A DNA stretch of 62,037 bases, the filler included, from Choristocarpus tenellus KU-1152 (lineage: Eukaryota; Protista; Phaeophyceae): assembly GCA_964200185.2 (NCBI GenBank). It is 8 parts of 8 records of this genome, joined end to end, with 100 filler letters (N's around TTAATTAATTAA, not from the genome) between each part and the next. Parts side by side here need not be neighbours in the genome. Positions count along the whole stretch, not along the records: positions 34,024 to 41,326 come from CAXNAD020006374.1; positions 41,427 to 50,040 come from CAXNAD020004527.1; 6 more parts are not named here. One strand, written 5' to 3'. Position numbers and translations under genes: made by a program. Shown here in pieces: positions 37,440-49,505 of this stretch; position 1 is the first letter of the stretch, and every line of letters begins with the position of its first letter. The notes beneath the pieces are model-generated. The model saw only the letters and a list, made by a program, of their open reading frames with translations. It was not told the origin of the DNA and searched no databases.

Positions 37440-40300
37440 AGATGAATGCCAGTATTGGAGAAACGAATTTCTCCTGTCCTATAATCTAGAAAATATGAGA
37501 TGGAGTATCAGGTATAACATTTACCTTACCAGACTTGTGTTTGACACTGAAATCATAAGCTTGAAGTGCAATAGTCCAAAGAATAAGCAAGTTACTGGTA
37601 TCCTCTGTTGATACGCTTAGCTCATGTATAAAGGCTCCTCGCCTAAAGCCACTGGATCCTGCATTCTATATAATTAACATAATTCGACATGATTGATAAT
37701 GCAGGGGTCCACTCCAGAGATACGGTCGCTAATGAGTGATAACGGTAACGACTGCATAACACTCTCTTAATGTAGCTGGATAGTGACGTTGGGCTTCATT
37801 CATTTTCTTACTAAAGTAAGCAATGATAACCTAGGTCAGAAGGATTAATGGATCGGGGTTGTGCTAAAAACCTCCACCACCACTCCCACTGGCATCAACA
37901 TAGACGACGAACTCTTTGGTAATGTCAGGGAATTACGAGAACTGTGACTGCAGTGAGTACTTGTTTCACTTTGAAAAATGCCACCTCCTGGTCCAATCTC
38001 CGTTCTTTATCAACCTTCTTACTGAAACCTTTCTTAGTAAGACAAACTTACGGTTCGATGACTGTGGCTAGGTTGGGTATAAATTTCGCACAATATTAAC
38101 CATACTCAGGACAGATCGAAGTGTTTTTATAGGTAATTTGTGATTTACCAACCCTTCAGACGGCAAAAAGTGACCCAAATAATGCACTTCTTTAGGTTCA
38201 AATTGGGTCTTTGAGGGTTTCAAGGTTAAATCTATTGCTTGCAGAGCTTTGAACTGAAGTTCTACCAAGTGAAAATGTATTTTCCATGGGGGAGAACGAG
38301 CAATCAAACCATCCATATAGCCAGCAAACCACAAAGTGACCAAAATTAGCAAATGCTTATGACATGATTAATTGAAATAGTTTGTTTAGGCATGTGATAT
38401 CCCAAAGGGCGTCTTAAAATCATATTTCCCTCTGGAAGTGACAAAAACAGTCTCAGATAAATATCAGCTTTAGCAACTGGAATTTACCTATACGCACTCT
38501 GAATATCACAAACGGCTATGAATTTGGCATCACCCACAGTACAATATGAGACTCTCCGTAACAAGCATAGGCCAAGTCTGTCGAACAAGGTACCTGTTAA
38601 CAGTCTGACAGTAGCCTACACAGAAACGAGGAGAGCCATCAGATTTGGCTACGATGGTATCAGGACTACCCCATTGCCTGACACTTGTTTCAATGACGCC
38701 TTGCTCCTTTCATAGTGTTGACACATGAGTCACTCACTTCTTGAGTAGGAGGGTTTGCTCTGTACGGGTTCCTATCGACAGACTTGGTACAGGGTTCTAT
38801 AGGAATTTCTGTTTCAGCTATGGTACACCTGTCTAGTTCTCCTGAATTCAACGGAAATATCGATCTATAACGAGACCACAGGTTTAAAAATTGAGACACT
38901 TATGACTGATTGAATGTGGTATCTTTGAACGCATTCGTGTCACTGAAAGCTTGACGTAACTCCTCACTAGCTTCACTAAACGAGGAAGAATCAGTAGTCA
39001 GAGACTAAGAGTGATGGGTGTCTGATCAGAAATTGGGATCAAGTGGTCAATCTCAAGATGTTTCTTGATGCGAACCCTACGTGTGGTTGGGTTTGCCAAT
39101 TGAACCAATATCGATCCATTACTTGTCGACCAAGTAGTACTGAGAGTGCGAGCAGCAACAATACCATTCCATGGATGTATAGGTTCATCGTGTTGATCTA
39201 CATCAGGCGTGGAATATATTACTGGCTCCACTACAACGGCAGTATCAAGGTACTGACCATCAGCAGTTGTGCAACGTAGGATGTTTTCATGACCGGCTGG
39301 TATATTGTACTGTTTATGTAAATGAACGGCCGCAGGGTCAAAATCATGTTGCACACACTTGTCACAGAGCACGAAGGAGTAGTACCTGTGTCACGCACTT
39401 GTTGTGTGGGGATCCTTTTCTTGTGATATCCCCCTGCAATGGTACATAGACGTTTGTGGAATGAGAGACGTGTTCTTGCCAATCAAGGATTGCACCGAAG
39501 GCCTGCATCACACTAATACCAAGCAGTATTTTATCGGGACCAAACTACGAGAACCACTCACTGTGTAAACTTATTGCACTAGGTGGAAAAGGATGCATAT
39601 CCAAACGTTTGAGGTGAGGGTGATTGCTAACAAATACCTCTGAAATACACGGTACATCGCTTGCTGTGTCAACGGGCTTAAGTGTTTTTCTTCTTGTTCT
39701 TCAACAGTATCAGATATACACGAACTCTTTTGTGTGTAATGAAAACAATAAAGGTATTGGAGTAGATGAGTATCTCCACAAAGAACTGTCGAACCAAGTT
39801 TATCATACAACCTTGGTTGAACTGAATGCAAAGAAAAATATGTTGTGACAGACGAGGCAATAAACAATGCTCGCTACCAATGCTTGCTACCCCATTACGA
39901 TGGTGTCGAACACACGATGATGATCAAATCTATCTGGGCATCCCTTCGAGACGAGGGGAATAGTAACGAACAACTGACTGTCTGTCATCACGATCGTGAC
40001 GTCCACGTCCTCTCTCTATATATCTTAAGAGCGGCCTATGAGTACCATCTGAGTTGTCTAGGCACGACTACTGGGTCAAGTGACCATCACGAGTTGTCAC
40101 CTGATAACCTGGGTACTGGCACATACTATTTATTGTTTCTTCCCAAAAGGGTCTACTTTAATGCCTTCAGCACCCAGCTTGCAAACCTCTCTACTGATCT
40201 AAGAAAAAATTATGATACGGGTTTTGCACGCTGCATGAGTCTGTCTGGGTCAATGCGTGGGCAATTATTCAACCCCTTTATTTCTTTTTATGATTGAATC
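37440..40300 (-). mobile_element. Decayed Ty3/Gypsy LTR retrotransposon pol region
   Basis: RT motifs on the minus strand: IPIEP..DRNPYRANP, YMDGL, H...LQ...LTLKPSK..F..KEVHYLGH; many stops and frameshifts. Confidence 0.75.
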
Positions 40301-40575
40301 AAGAACATGGACAGAGTGAACATATGATAGGGGGGGATGGTCTTACAATGACCAAAATAGTAAATATAAAGTCACCAAGTCCAACAATAAAAAATAAGGA
40401 CTTTAAGTTAACGATCGCGTTTTGAAACCATCATATAGACCTTTCGTCTGTGTTGCACGTAAGCAATATCGGGTTTCGTTATATATGTGCGCACAAGGTG
40501 CAACACCCCACAGTTTTTTAACACACCTAATCTCACTATTTTACGCACTTTTTGTCACGCGATTCTCTCTCTCAC

Positions 40576-40618
<43 letters not shown>

Positions 40619-41699
40619 CCTCTTAGGTACATGCCAGAGCCTGCCTGAAGAGTCTTCAAAACGTCCAAGAAACTCCATAATTATTACAAGAGAAAACAGT
40701 ATTTACGTGGAACAATAATTAATAATACAAATATACAGGATTGAAAGGTGTCAGTCAGGTCATTGTTGTAGACTGGAACATGCCCTTTTAAGGCATACTG
40801 TCAAGAGGGGGTACATGCCAGAAACGCACATCCACACCACACCCTACTCCTCCCATAAATATCGCATGAACTATGTACATATTCTCCACTAACGTTTCCT
40901 GCTCTTTGCTAATCTTTATGGTATACCTGATTATCAGTGGGCGCTAGTGATGGGAGGATTAGGCCACCCCCTCAGAGTCCTCGCATTCCCTGCATGGACG
41001 GATGTATGTTCCTACAAAATAAACTTCCTAAGAATACATGATTGGAGTACATAGAACTAGTTGTTGTTGCACACCACCGATGCTGACCACCAGCGGCAGG
41101 CGATATTGTGGCGATCCTTGTGTTCCTCCCTCCTCTTTCCTCCCTCTCTCCTCTTTTATCTCCTCTGGCCCCTGTCCAGTAAGAGCACCAGATTGCTAAG
41201 TGTAGGCAAAACTCCTCAGACCGACGAGTTTGAGGCTAATCGTAGATGTCGGTATATCGAACTTGGAGGTGTTGGGTCAAAGTATCTGGGGGGGGGGGTG
41301 TCGGCGTCCGTTTTTCACCATTTTTTNNNNNNNNNNNNNNNNNNNNNNNNNNNNNNNNNNNNNNNNNNNNTTAATTAATTAANNNNNNNNNNNNNNNNNN
41401 NNNNNNNNNNNNNNNNNNNNNNNNNNTTTTTTTACCCCTTTTTACTCGCACTCACCATTTTTTTGGCGAAAAAGTAAGGAAACCCATTTTCCACCGCCCC
41501 CCCCCCCCCCCCCCCCCCCAACCTTGGTGGTCTTGAACAACAACTAGCAGAATTTTCAGGGATTGCGAGGAACGGTCTGCTCCATGTGTGTAAAATCTAA
41601 AAAAAAAAATTTAAGAGACGGGCGGTGTTCAATACTCCCACTCCAGAGGAAACAGCATCGCCAACTGAAAGACAACAGAACATGTGTATGTAATACACA

Positions 41700-42300
41700 T
41701 ACAGATGCAGAGAACCCAAGTAAGACTAGGGGCAGCACATCCCAAACATTTATCCCCAGAGTACTCATGATGGTGGTACGGGCATTCACAAGGATTTCTC
41801 GCAGCTCCCAGAGATCACCTGGAACAAATCTGTCAAGCCCTCTGGTCCCATTGTGGTCCCATTGCCACCAACGATAGGGACTCCCCTCAAATTTCGTATG
41901 ATAATGAGGCTATGGTTGACAGAAGATGTCCTTTGAAATGTCAAAGTCAATGCCAAAGTCTTCCAATGAATCTGGTTATCAAGTTGAAAACCCATTTTTT
42001 TTTTTTACATTCTGAAAGTAGTGGGAGGGTTGTGGGAGACCCCCTTGCTCGGCACTGCAATATAGGTTTGGTTGACAGACTGAAGCTGCTGGATTTTCTT
42101 GGGGTCCGCACTCCATAAGGAATGAAAAATGAGACCACCTCACACTTCAATTCTTCTAATGGGAAGGTATCCTGAAACGGAGCGGATGATCTGGCTCACT
42201 CGTTCTGTAGTGTGTTTAAAGACTATCTACGGTAAGAGTATACTTCAACTGAAAGCATAACCTCAGTGTTTTGACTTAGCTACATCAGTTTCTTCATGCA
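41700..42300 (-). pseudogene. Possible hAT transposase remnant
   Basis: Degenerate matches to hAT blocks: LPLLSECKK.W (cf. DVxTRWNS) and ARTTIMS...VLPLV (cf. EATxxLS..TxSxVLP). Confidence 0.3.
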
Positions 42301-43279
42301 GATGATGGTGCTGTCCCTACAAAAATCAACGCATTTGGTTAGACAATCTACGATCCTCACGCTTGCCGAAGGTCTAAACCCTCAAGGGGAGTTCTGTTCC
42401 GTGTTGTAATAGATCGATAACATCTTGTCGGGAAGGTTAAGTGCTGTAAATCACGGCGAATTAAAAAAACCCCGGCAACTGAAGGGCAATTTCGATTGGT
42501 TAGAAATTTCCACGAACGCATGCTGTTTGCTCTGCTCTTGGACCTTGGTGCTTTGAGCAGCACATTGTATGCACAGGTTTCAACTAAGATTGGAAACACC
42601 CAGATTTGTGAGACAGTTTGACCTACGTTTATCTTGACCGCTTGCGGTTCACAACACTACAAATCGACAATCAACAGTGAAAATCGAGGGGTTTAGATTT
42701 CAATTCGATATTTTTCACGCATTCAAACAGTGCGCTTTCAGCTGAAAAATCTTCCAACACCCTGTGTTGCTCGGTGCTCCATGCAGATCGCAGATCGGCC
42801 GCAGTCGAGTGCTTCGAAAGGTTTTTTGAGCCGATAAAACATAAACTCGCCAAGCTTTCCGATCACGAGACTATGTACATCTGACCCGTAACCCATGATC
42901 CATAAACCAGAAATATGTACACCTACACTGGACGATGCGAAGGGCGCGTATGAGAGGAAGACCGGTATAAAAGAGGTGGTGCTAAATAAAAGAGGAGGGA
43001 ACAAGAAGTTTCTGGTCCCATTGTACTCCATACACATGAGGAAGGTGTGTGCTCTCCCGGTGCATCTTCTCGTATAATTTAATTGTGCATCCTTAGATGG
43101 CGGCTAAGAAAATCTGACCTGGCATATTTTTAAAGGTCCCAGGTCCCAACTGAAGAACAACATCTGATCGATGAGAGGCCTGTACCCTTCTGCCTACCGA
43201 TTTCTCTCTAATCTCTAGTTCACCAAAAATGTTCCCGTTAAGACCCAGCACAAGCTACTGTGAATAGTGAAGATGAGCC

Positions 43280-45148
43280 TCACCTCGACCCCCCTCCTCC
43301 ACTCCCACATCCTCCTGTAGTGCCTCCACCTCCACCTCCACCTCCACCCCTACCCCCACCCCTACCCCCCTCCCCCCGTCCCCAAACATTGGGCCGAGTG
43401 ACCCTGGCTGTAAAGAATGAGAAGTTCGGTCCTGCATTCCACCCTCTTGCTGTTTTTTCTGGTGTCCTTCCTATTGGGCTCTGGTGCTGTCTTTGCAATA
43501 CCACACGGTAAGTAACTGCCTTTTGCCATGTCTGGGGAAGATATTCACGATGCTCTTGAGGGCCGGGTCCTCTTGATGGAAATAGAGCTAGGTCACAGGA
43601 AGCGAATCAAGTCGAAAGGGAGGTGCAGAATCACCCACATCCGCAGTTCAGCAGCGATTTCTATGCAGGGATGAGAAAGCACACACAAGGTTGCCAAAGA
43701 GAAACGTCTTGATACCATTCAAACCTCAACTCACCAGCTTTTGCCGCAAACAACATAATTGGACGCTCCTTGGCAAGCCGCGTCAGTGCCCTCACTGCTG
43801 CCCCCTGCAGTGAGACTACCTCACCCCCACAACCCTGGGCCATCTGCACTGAAGGTTTATGCCAAGGGAAAGGAAGATTTAGGTGTGGCTAGGGGCACTT
43901 GATCAAGAAAAAACATGTTGGGGTGAAAAAGAGCATCTTTGATGCACATAGTACTATCAAGGATGGGAGTTACACATATGGGGTGGTAATCTATTTTTTT
44001 AAAAGTGATAAATTATTTTCAGTGCTATGTCAGTGGTGGTGGTTAGGGACATACAAGCCACCTGGAGAAACAGAGGGCAATGCACATAAAAAGGATGTTG
44101 AAGGGGGGGTATTGCCGCAGTATTTCAGACTTCGATGATTCAGCTACATGCAGAACCAATGGTACCTGGTCCTGTTTGTTGTAGGACAAGGTTGCTTCAC
44201 CTTATCCTGCCAATAGAAGGTCCCCATACCATCAAAGGCCACGACAGCTGCTCGGTGCTGCAGCTCGTACCGCAGCACCTCAATAGAAGCCAAGACTTCC
44301 AGCGTGCTAGCTGGTCGCACCACCTTTAGGCGTTTCAAGCAGCCCAGTACAAGAGCCTGCCCTTCAAGCAGTATGGGAAACGGATCGTTGTCAAAGTCAC
44401 GTATGATGCCCAAAACCAACTTGTCTAGAGCTAGGCAACACACTGACTGGGACTCTTGCCTGCGCCTCATTATCCAGATCCTCACCCCTGGCTCTCGCAC
44501 CCCGCGATGAGAGAGTCCCAGCTAGGAAAGCTGGATTACTCTTAATTCTATCCATGAGTAGCTGTTCGAGTCGGAGCGTGCTCAATCTTCCCTCTGTTTG
44601 GCATCATGATCAAGAAATACAAAATACGAATGACACAAGGTTCAAGAGAGGGTGGTATCGGTGAGGCACGTTCGGCATGATCAAAGCAAAAAGCAGTAAA
44701 TACTTGGTCAGTCGGGCGGTGAGGTGAGATAGGTCTCACCGTTGTCAAAGAACACTGCTATCTTTTCCTCCCCTCCAAGCTGATTTGGCATTATGTATCG
44801 CACGACAACGTTGATAAGCACCTCCGACTTCGCACAGCCACTTGCACCATAGATCTCGACAATGTCCCCTGGACGGATACCTTCCCCAGACACCTATTCA
44901 GATGGACAAAAGATCAACTGCTTGACCAGAATAGAAGTCGCACGCTTGTAGATCCGACAACTCTTCCGTTTCTGGTGTACTATGAAGAACGGGAATCGTC
45001 TGGTGAAGACGCTTGGATTGGCAAAATACAACATTTGTACCTGATCGAGGAATGCAAGACCCGTGACAAGGGGGCGACAGCGCACCCTTCGAAATAGGTC
45101 TAGTGCACTCTCATCTGGTAGGACTGAAAGGGGAGTTGCAGGTGTCAT
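43280..45148 (-). CDS. XRCC2: XRCC2-like DNA repair protein (RAD51 paralogue)
   Basis: Exons 45148-45041, 44893-44740, 44593-44460, 44356-44201, 43843-43735, 43587-43280 are phase-consistent. Protein: MTPATP..DESALDLFRR..LVTGLAFLD, Walker A region VEIYGASGCAKSEVL..YIMP..LGG..AVFFDN, Walker B VVAFDGMGTFYWQDK, C-terminal HREYLPQTWQKAVTYRVVL. The exact stop is uncertain because of a G-rich tract. Confidence 0.88.
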
Positions 45149-45429
45149 GATGGTCCAAGCTCGATTGCCCGATCTTGGTGTGATGTGATCTTGAATACTT
45201 ACAAGTATTTGATTTTTTGTCTTGTTTGTTGTTGTGATGTGTCGTGTCTCCTTCATCCCTTTTGTTTCCAATAAGAAGATGTAACCGGATGCAAAGGATG
45301 TGATTTCCTCAATCGCCAAGCCCTCAGGTCTACTCCTCCGTTGAGTTCTTAACTAGCGAGTATGCCCACTGGAAAACTCCTCACAGGAGAAGAGGCAGTG
45401 CCAACCAAAGATACATAGTTGGTATAGGA

Positions 45430-46640
45430 ATTGTCAACATGGCATCTTCGTACACAGCCCACTTGTTCGAAGCTGCCTCAGAAGCCCTCCCACCACCTTC
45501 AAGGAGGGTGTCGCCGAGAGGGTGGTATGCAAGTGACTAGTCTCGAGCAATCTCCCAGGAAGCCTGGGCGGAACGGGAAAGGCAATGGAAACGTTGCACA
45601 GACCAAAATGCAAAATGCCATTTTGAAGAAGTTGTTGAAGACAACTGGTAAACACCTCAAACGGGTAAGGGCGTCTGCCATGCAGGAGTTTCTTAACACC
45701 TACACCAGGAAAATGGAAAACCTTATTCTTCGTGGGGACCAAGGTGGTGTTTAACAACACCTGAAATGTTCGCAGTTAAGAGAACCCAGATTACCTCTCA
45801 CAATTCTACTCAGCTGCTATGGGAATAAGCATCCATCAAGGAACGGCGGAGGAAATAATTCCCAATGCTCCTTAACACCAAGTTGGTTGATCTCAACCCT
45901 CGTAGTACTGAATTACTGAACCAGCACCTACATCCATGGCGCTCGATATTGCACCATGATGGAGATGATTGAAGCACTTCCTGTACCAATGGGAAGGCTA
46001 TGATGGGGCTCCAAGTATCCGGGGGGGGGGGGTGGCGGCTGTCCATTCGGGACCCGTTTTTCCATGTTGCGATTTTTGGGTGATTTGGTTGCATGTGTCG
46101 AATGGATAGTGTAAGTGCACTTCTCCTGGTCAGGGTCCCAATGACACCCTGGCTTAGAACCCCCCCCCGCGCAAATACTTTGAGTCATGAGTACCAACAA
46201 TCTCCCAATTAAGTTCCTACAGCTTGGTCTACAGGAGGTCTTGGCTATCCTCCAGGGTTTCGATATGGTTGTTTTGGCTGTGTGGGACCAGGAAGTTGCA
46301 CCTCAGGTCTGGAAGAACACATTCATCACCGTCCTTCACAAGAAGAAAGTCCAGACTGACTGTAACAAGTAGAGGGGTATTTCATTGTGGTAGATGGTGG
46401 CAAAGCACTTCTTAAGGTTGTTGCACGGTGGCCGAGAAATTAATATTCCATGATGAACAACGTGATTTCCGACCTTGATGCTCCACAGTGAACATGATGT
46501 ACACTGTGTGTGACATCCAGAGCTCAGCCAGGAGATGTATGTACCCCTCTTCATGTATTTCATCGATATACAGACTGCTTCCACTAATGTCCTCGGGGTT
46601 CCTGCTCTCGCCCTTGGAATGCTGAGCAATTTCCTTCCTG
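45430..46640 (+). mobile_element. Decayed RTE-like LINE (reverse transcriptase N-terminal region), interrupted by a family A MITE
   Basis: LPIKFLQLG...VWDQEVAPQVWKNTFITVLHKKKVQTDCNK*RGISL matches the non-LTR RT motif PxxWKxAxIxxLHKKxDxxxCxNYRGISL. Confidence 0.75.
46007..46186. mobile_element. MITE family A, full copy inside the LINE
   Basis: GGCTCCAAGTATCCGG...AATACTTTGAGTC; flanks ATGG/ATGA. Confidence 0.8.
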
Positions 46641-47539
46641 AGCTAAAGCAGCTCTCAAAATCAGTCAATATTGCACTGGTACAATTGTATACAGCAGTTT
46701 TTGCTTCGATCAGTTCAGGGGTGGTGACTTAGAAGGGCTGCGCAGGCTCATGCTGTATCCTCAAATTCGACTTGTGTATGTCGCAGAAAAAGGGAACAAA
46801 TGGAGACACTATCTCAAATGTGTTGTCCTCAAGATATTTCCGTATTTCTTTGGTGGGTAAGAAACAATCTTACCACCCCATGACCTGAGCATAGCAAAAC
46901 AGCAAGTTCATTCCTTCTACAATAAACACTTCTAAGTCCTATTTAACATTCTTATATGAACCGCTTACACATCCGACTCACATCCCGACATGCTCGGTGG
47001 TGGAATTCAATATTCTTGTGAAGAGTGGTGGCAGGCTTGATGTACAGGGAGCATTCCATCATGAAATAGGTAGACCACGAACGAGTAGATACATCCTACG
47101 CTATTTCTTGTGGGTTTGATCCTTGACATTTGGCACATTATACGAAAGCTTTCCCTGTCCTGGCTTTACTTGAAACATGCTCCTACATTTTCCCCAGGCT
47201 GATTTAATGTAATCCTTAACCCCTGCTCCATTGAAAGCATTACCATCCACACGCTTCAAATAGTAATACCTATGCAGTGGTTGGTCATAATATGGTGGTG
47301 TTCCTCTAGCAAGTGACTCATCTTCACCATTATTGATGGTTCACATTTTGCGACACATGTTCCTACCCTTCCAGTGAGTCTCCATTTCTTCACCATTTCT
47401 ACCAGATTTTTAGGGAGGTCCTCTTCCGTCGTTCTGTCTGAGAGCCGCCATCCTGTCCTAAGAGGTGTCTATTCAGCCACTTCGAGCATTTAGGGATTTT
47501 TTCCCTTCTGTCTGAGACGTCTTTCCCGTGACTGAGATC

Positions 47540-48300
47540 CAGTCAAACCTCCTTAGGAAACTGTGACTGCAGAAGAAAAGATGAGCATTCATCCACACTA
47601 GCACAAGATTGCCCTTCAGAAAGCCATAGGCACATGCACCAAACGAAAGTCAGAAGGACCCTACTAAATGAGACCCCCTCTATGATCGGAGGTTTTTTAC
47701 TATTTGATGTAGTCCAGAGAGATAGAGAGAGTGATCGTCTCAAACATGTCATCGGTGCAGGACATGGTGAGAGAGTGGAAGGTATGACCAGAGGACCCGT
47801 CCAACCATCTGTGTAATGGACACATCTTCATCAGCAAGTATCTCTGTGACCTTGATTTACAGACCTTCCTTCACCCTCCTCAGAGTATCAAGGAGACAAT
47901 ACAGATTGGATGCGGCCTACCCTATTGTTCAAAGCATTTATCATCTCCTTGAAGGGGGCACTTTCCATTATCTGCAGCTGGATGGAAAGGTTGAGGCTAG
48001 TATCGAGGCAAAAGTACTTTGTAGAGTCAAAGAGGGCGTGGAAAGCAATCAACTGCAGATGGCAACATGATCAAAAATATGAGGATCGTAGTGACGACGT
48101 AAAGGTAGACAGAGTAAGATGGGAAAGGTTGGGATGTATGGCCGTCTTGTCGAAAATGGCTGACTATTCATTACGTTGAAGCGCCAAAGAAGTGTGACTA
48201 ACTCTGTTGCATTAGTTGCAAGATATGACTTACCACGCATCTTACCAATCGACATGGAGTCTTCCCACTCGACGTGGACTCTTTGTTTCTCATCCAAGCT
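47540..48300 (-). pseudogene. hAT transposase remnant
   Basis: QIMESAPFKEMINAL (cf. IVESxxFxxMIxxL) followed, across a frameshift, by VSIT/TDGWTG (first catalytic Asp motif of hAT). Confidence 0.5.
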
Positions 48301-48850
48301 TCTTGAATCATGAAAAGATTCCCTGTATATGCCCAGGTTTGGAGTTCTGGTCGTGATTTCTTGCCTTGATCATTCATTTTGAATGCTCCAACTTCATCTC
48401 GAACACCCTCCAACAGATTGGTAATTTTTACTATGTGCCTAACTGCGATTGTGGTGTTAAGCTCCCCAATTTAAAATATTGAGATTCCACTAATGTACCA
48501 CTGTGATAAAAAGTCGCCATGTTCGACCACATCCTGTGCTGCAGGATTGGATCCCGGCTAGAATGCATTCCTGAGTAATAATAACAGCAGGAGGATATAG
48601 ATCGAGATTCACATAACCGACTGAAGGGGAAACGTGAAGATTGAAATTCCTGTGCGACCCTTCTGCCCCGGTTGTATCCCAATATTTGACACCCTGATGG
48701 TATCTTGGGTTGGCGAAACGTGTTGAATAGCTTTGCGCAGGAAAAGGTCATCGCCAGAAGCTGCTGGTAGGTTACATGGTGAACATGCACTGATTTACTA
48801 ATTTTCCGTCACACGAATCTCCCCTTTTCAATCTAGTTCCCTCAAAAAAT

Positions 48851-49505
48851 GGTCAAAGTATCTGGGGGGGGGGGGTGCTGACGTCCTTTTTAAACCATTC
48901 TTCGATTTTCACTTTTTGGTGTGATTTGGTAGCACGTGTCGGATTGGAAATGTGGGTAAAAAAAAGAAGACTGTTGGTTAGATTCCCTTCTGTGCTTGCG
49001 TACGCAAGAGGAATGGGAATATATACCACCATTTATTTGGGCTTGGTTAGGAGTTTCGACGTTTGCATGTGTCGTCATTTCGAATGTGTTCAAACAGGCT
49101 TATGCTAACGTGTATGTTGGTTGTACATTTAGGGTGAAGAATGAAAGATATGCCATTGGTTGTTTTAGGGTTAGTTATTGGTTTGTTTGGTTGCATGAGT
49201 GGGATTTGGTCAGCACATAAAGAGGGCTGTCGGTTAGGGTGTGTTTTCCCAGTGTTAGCACAAGGAACTGAAAAAAAGACCATGGACTGTTTCGAGGTTA
49301 GTTTTTTCGTTTATTAGCTTGCATAAGTCGTGTCTGGTATGTACACAAAGAGGACTGTCGATTAGGGCCTGTTGTCCCAGTGTGTGAACGAGGAATTAAA
49401 AAATAATCCATGTACAGTTCTAAATTTAGTATTTGGTTTATTTGCTTGCATGTGTCGGATTTAGTATGTACACAAACGGGGTTGTCGCTCAGGGTGTTAG
49501 GGTTA
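48851..49505. mobile_element. Long family C element end with internal ~128-bp tandem repeats
   Basis: Family C TIR at 48851; TTGCAT-anchored units start at 49063, 49191, 49319 and 49446. Confidence 0.65.
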
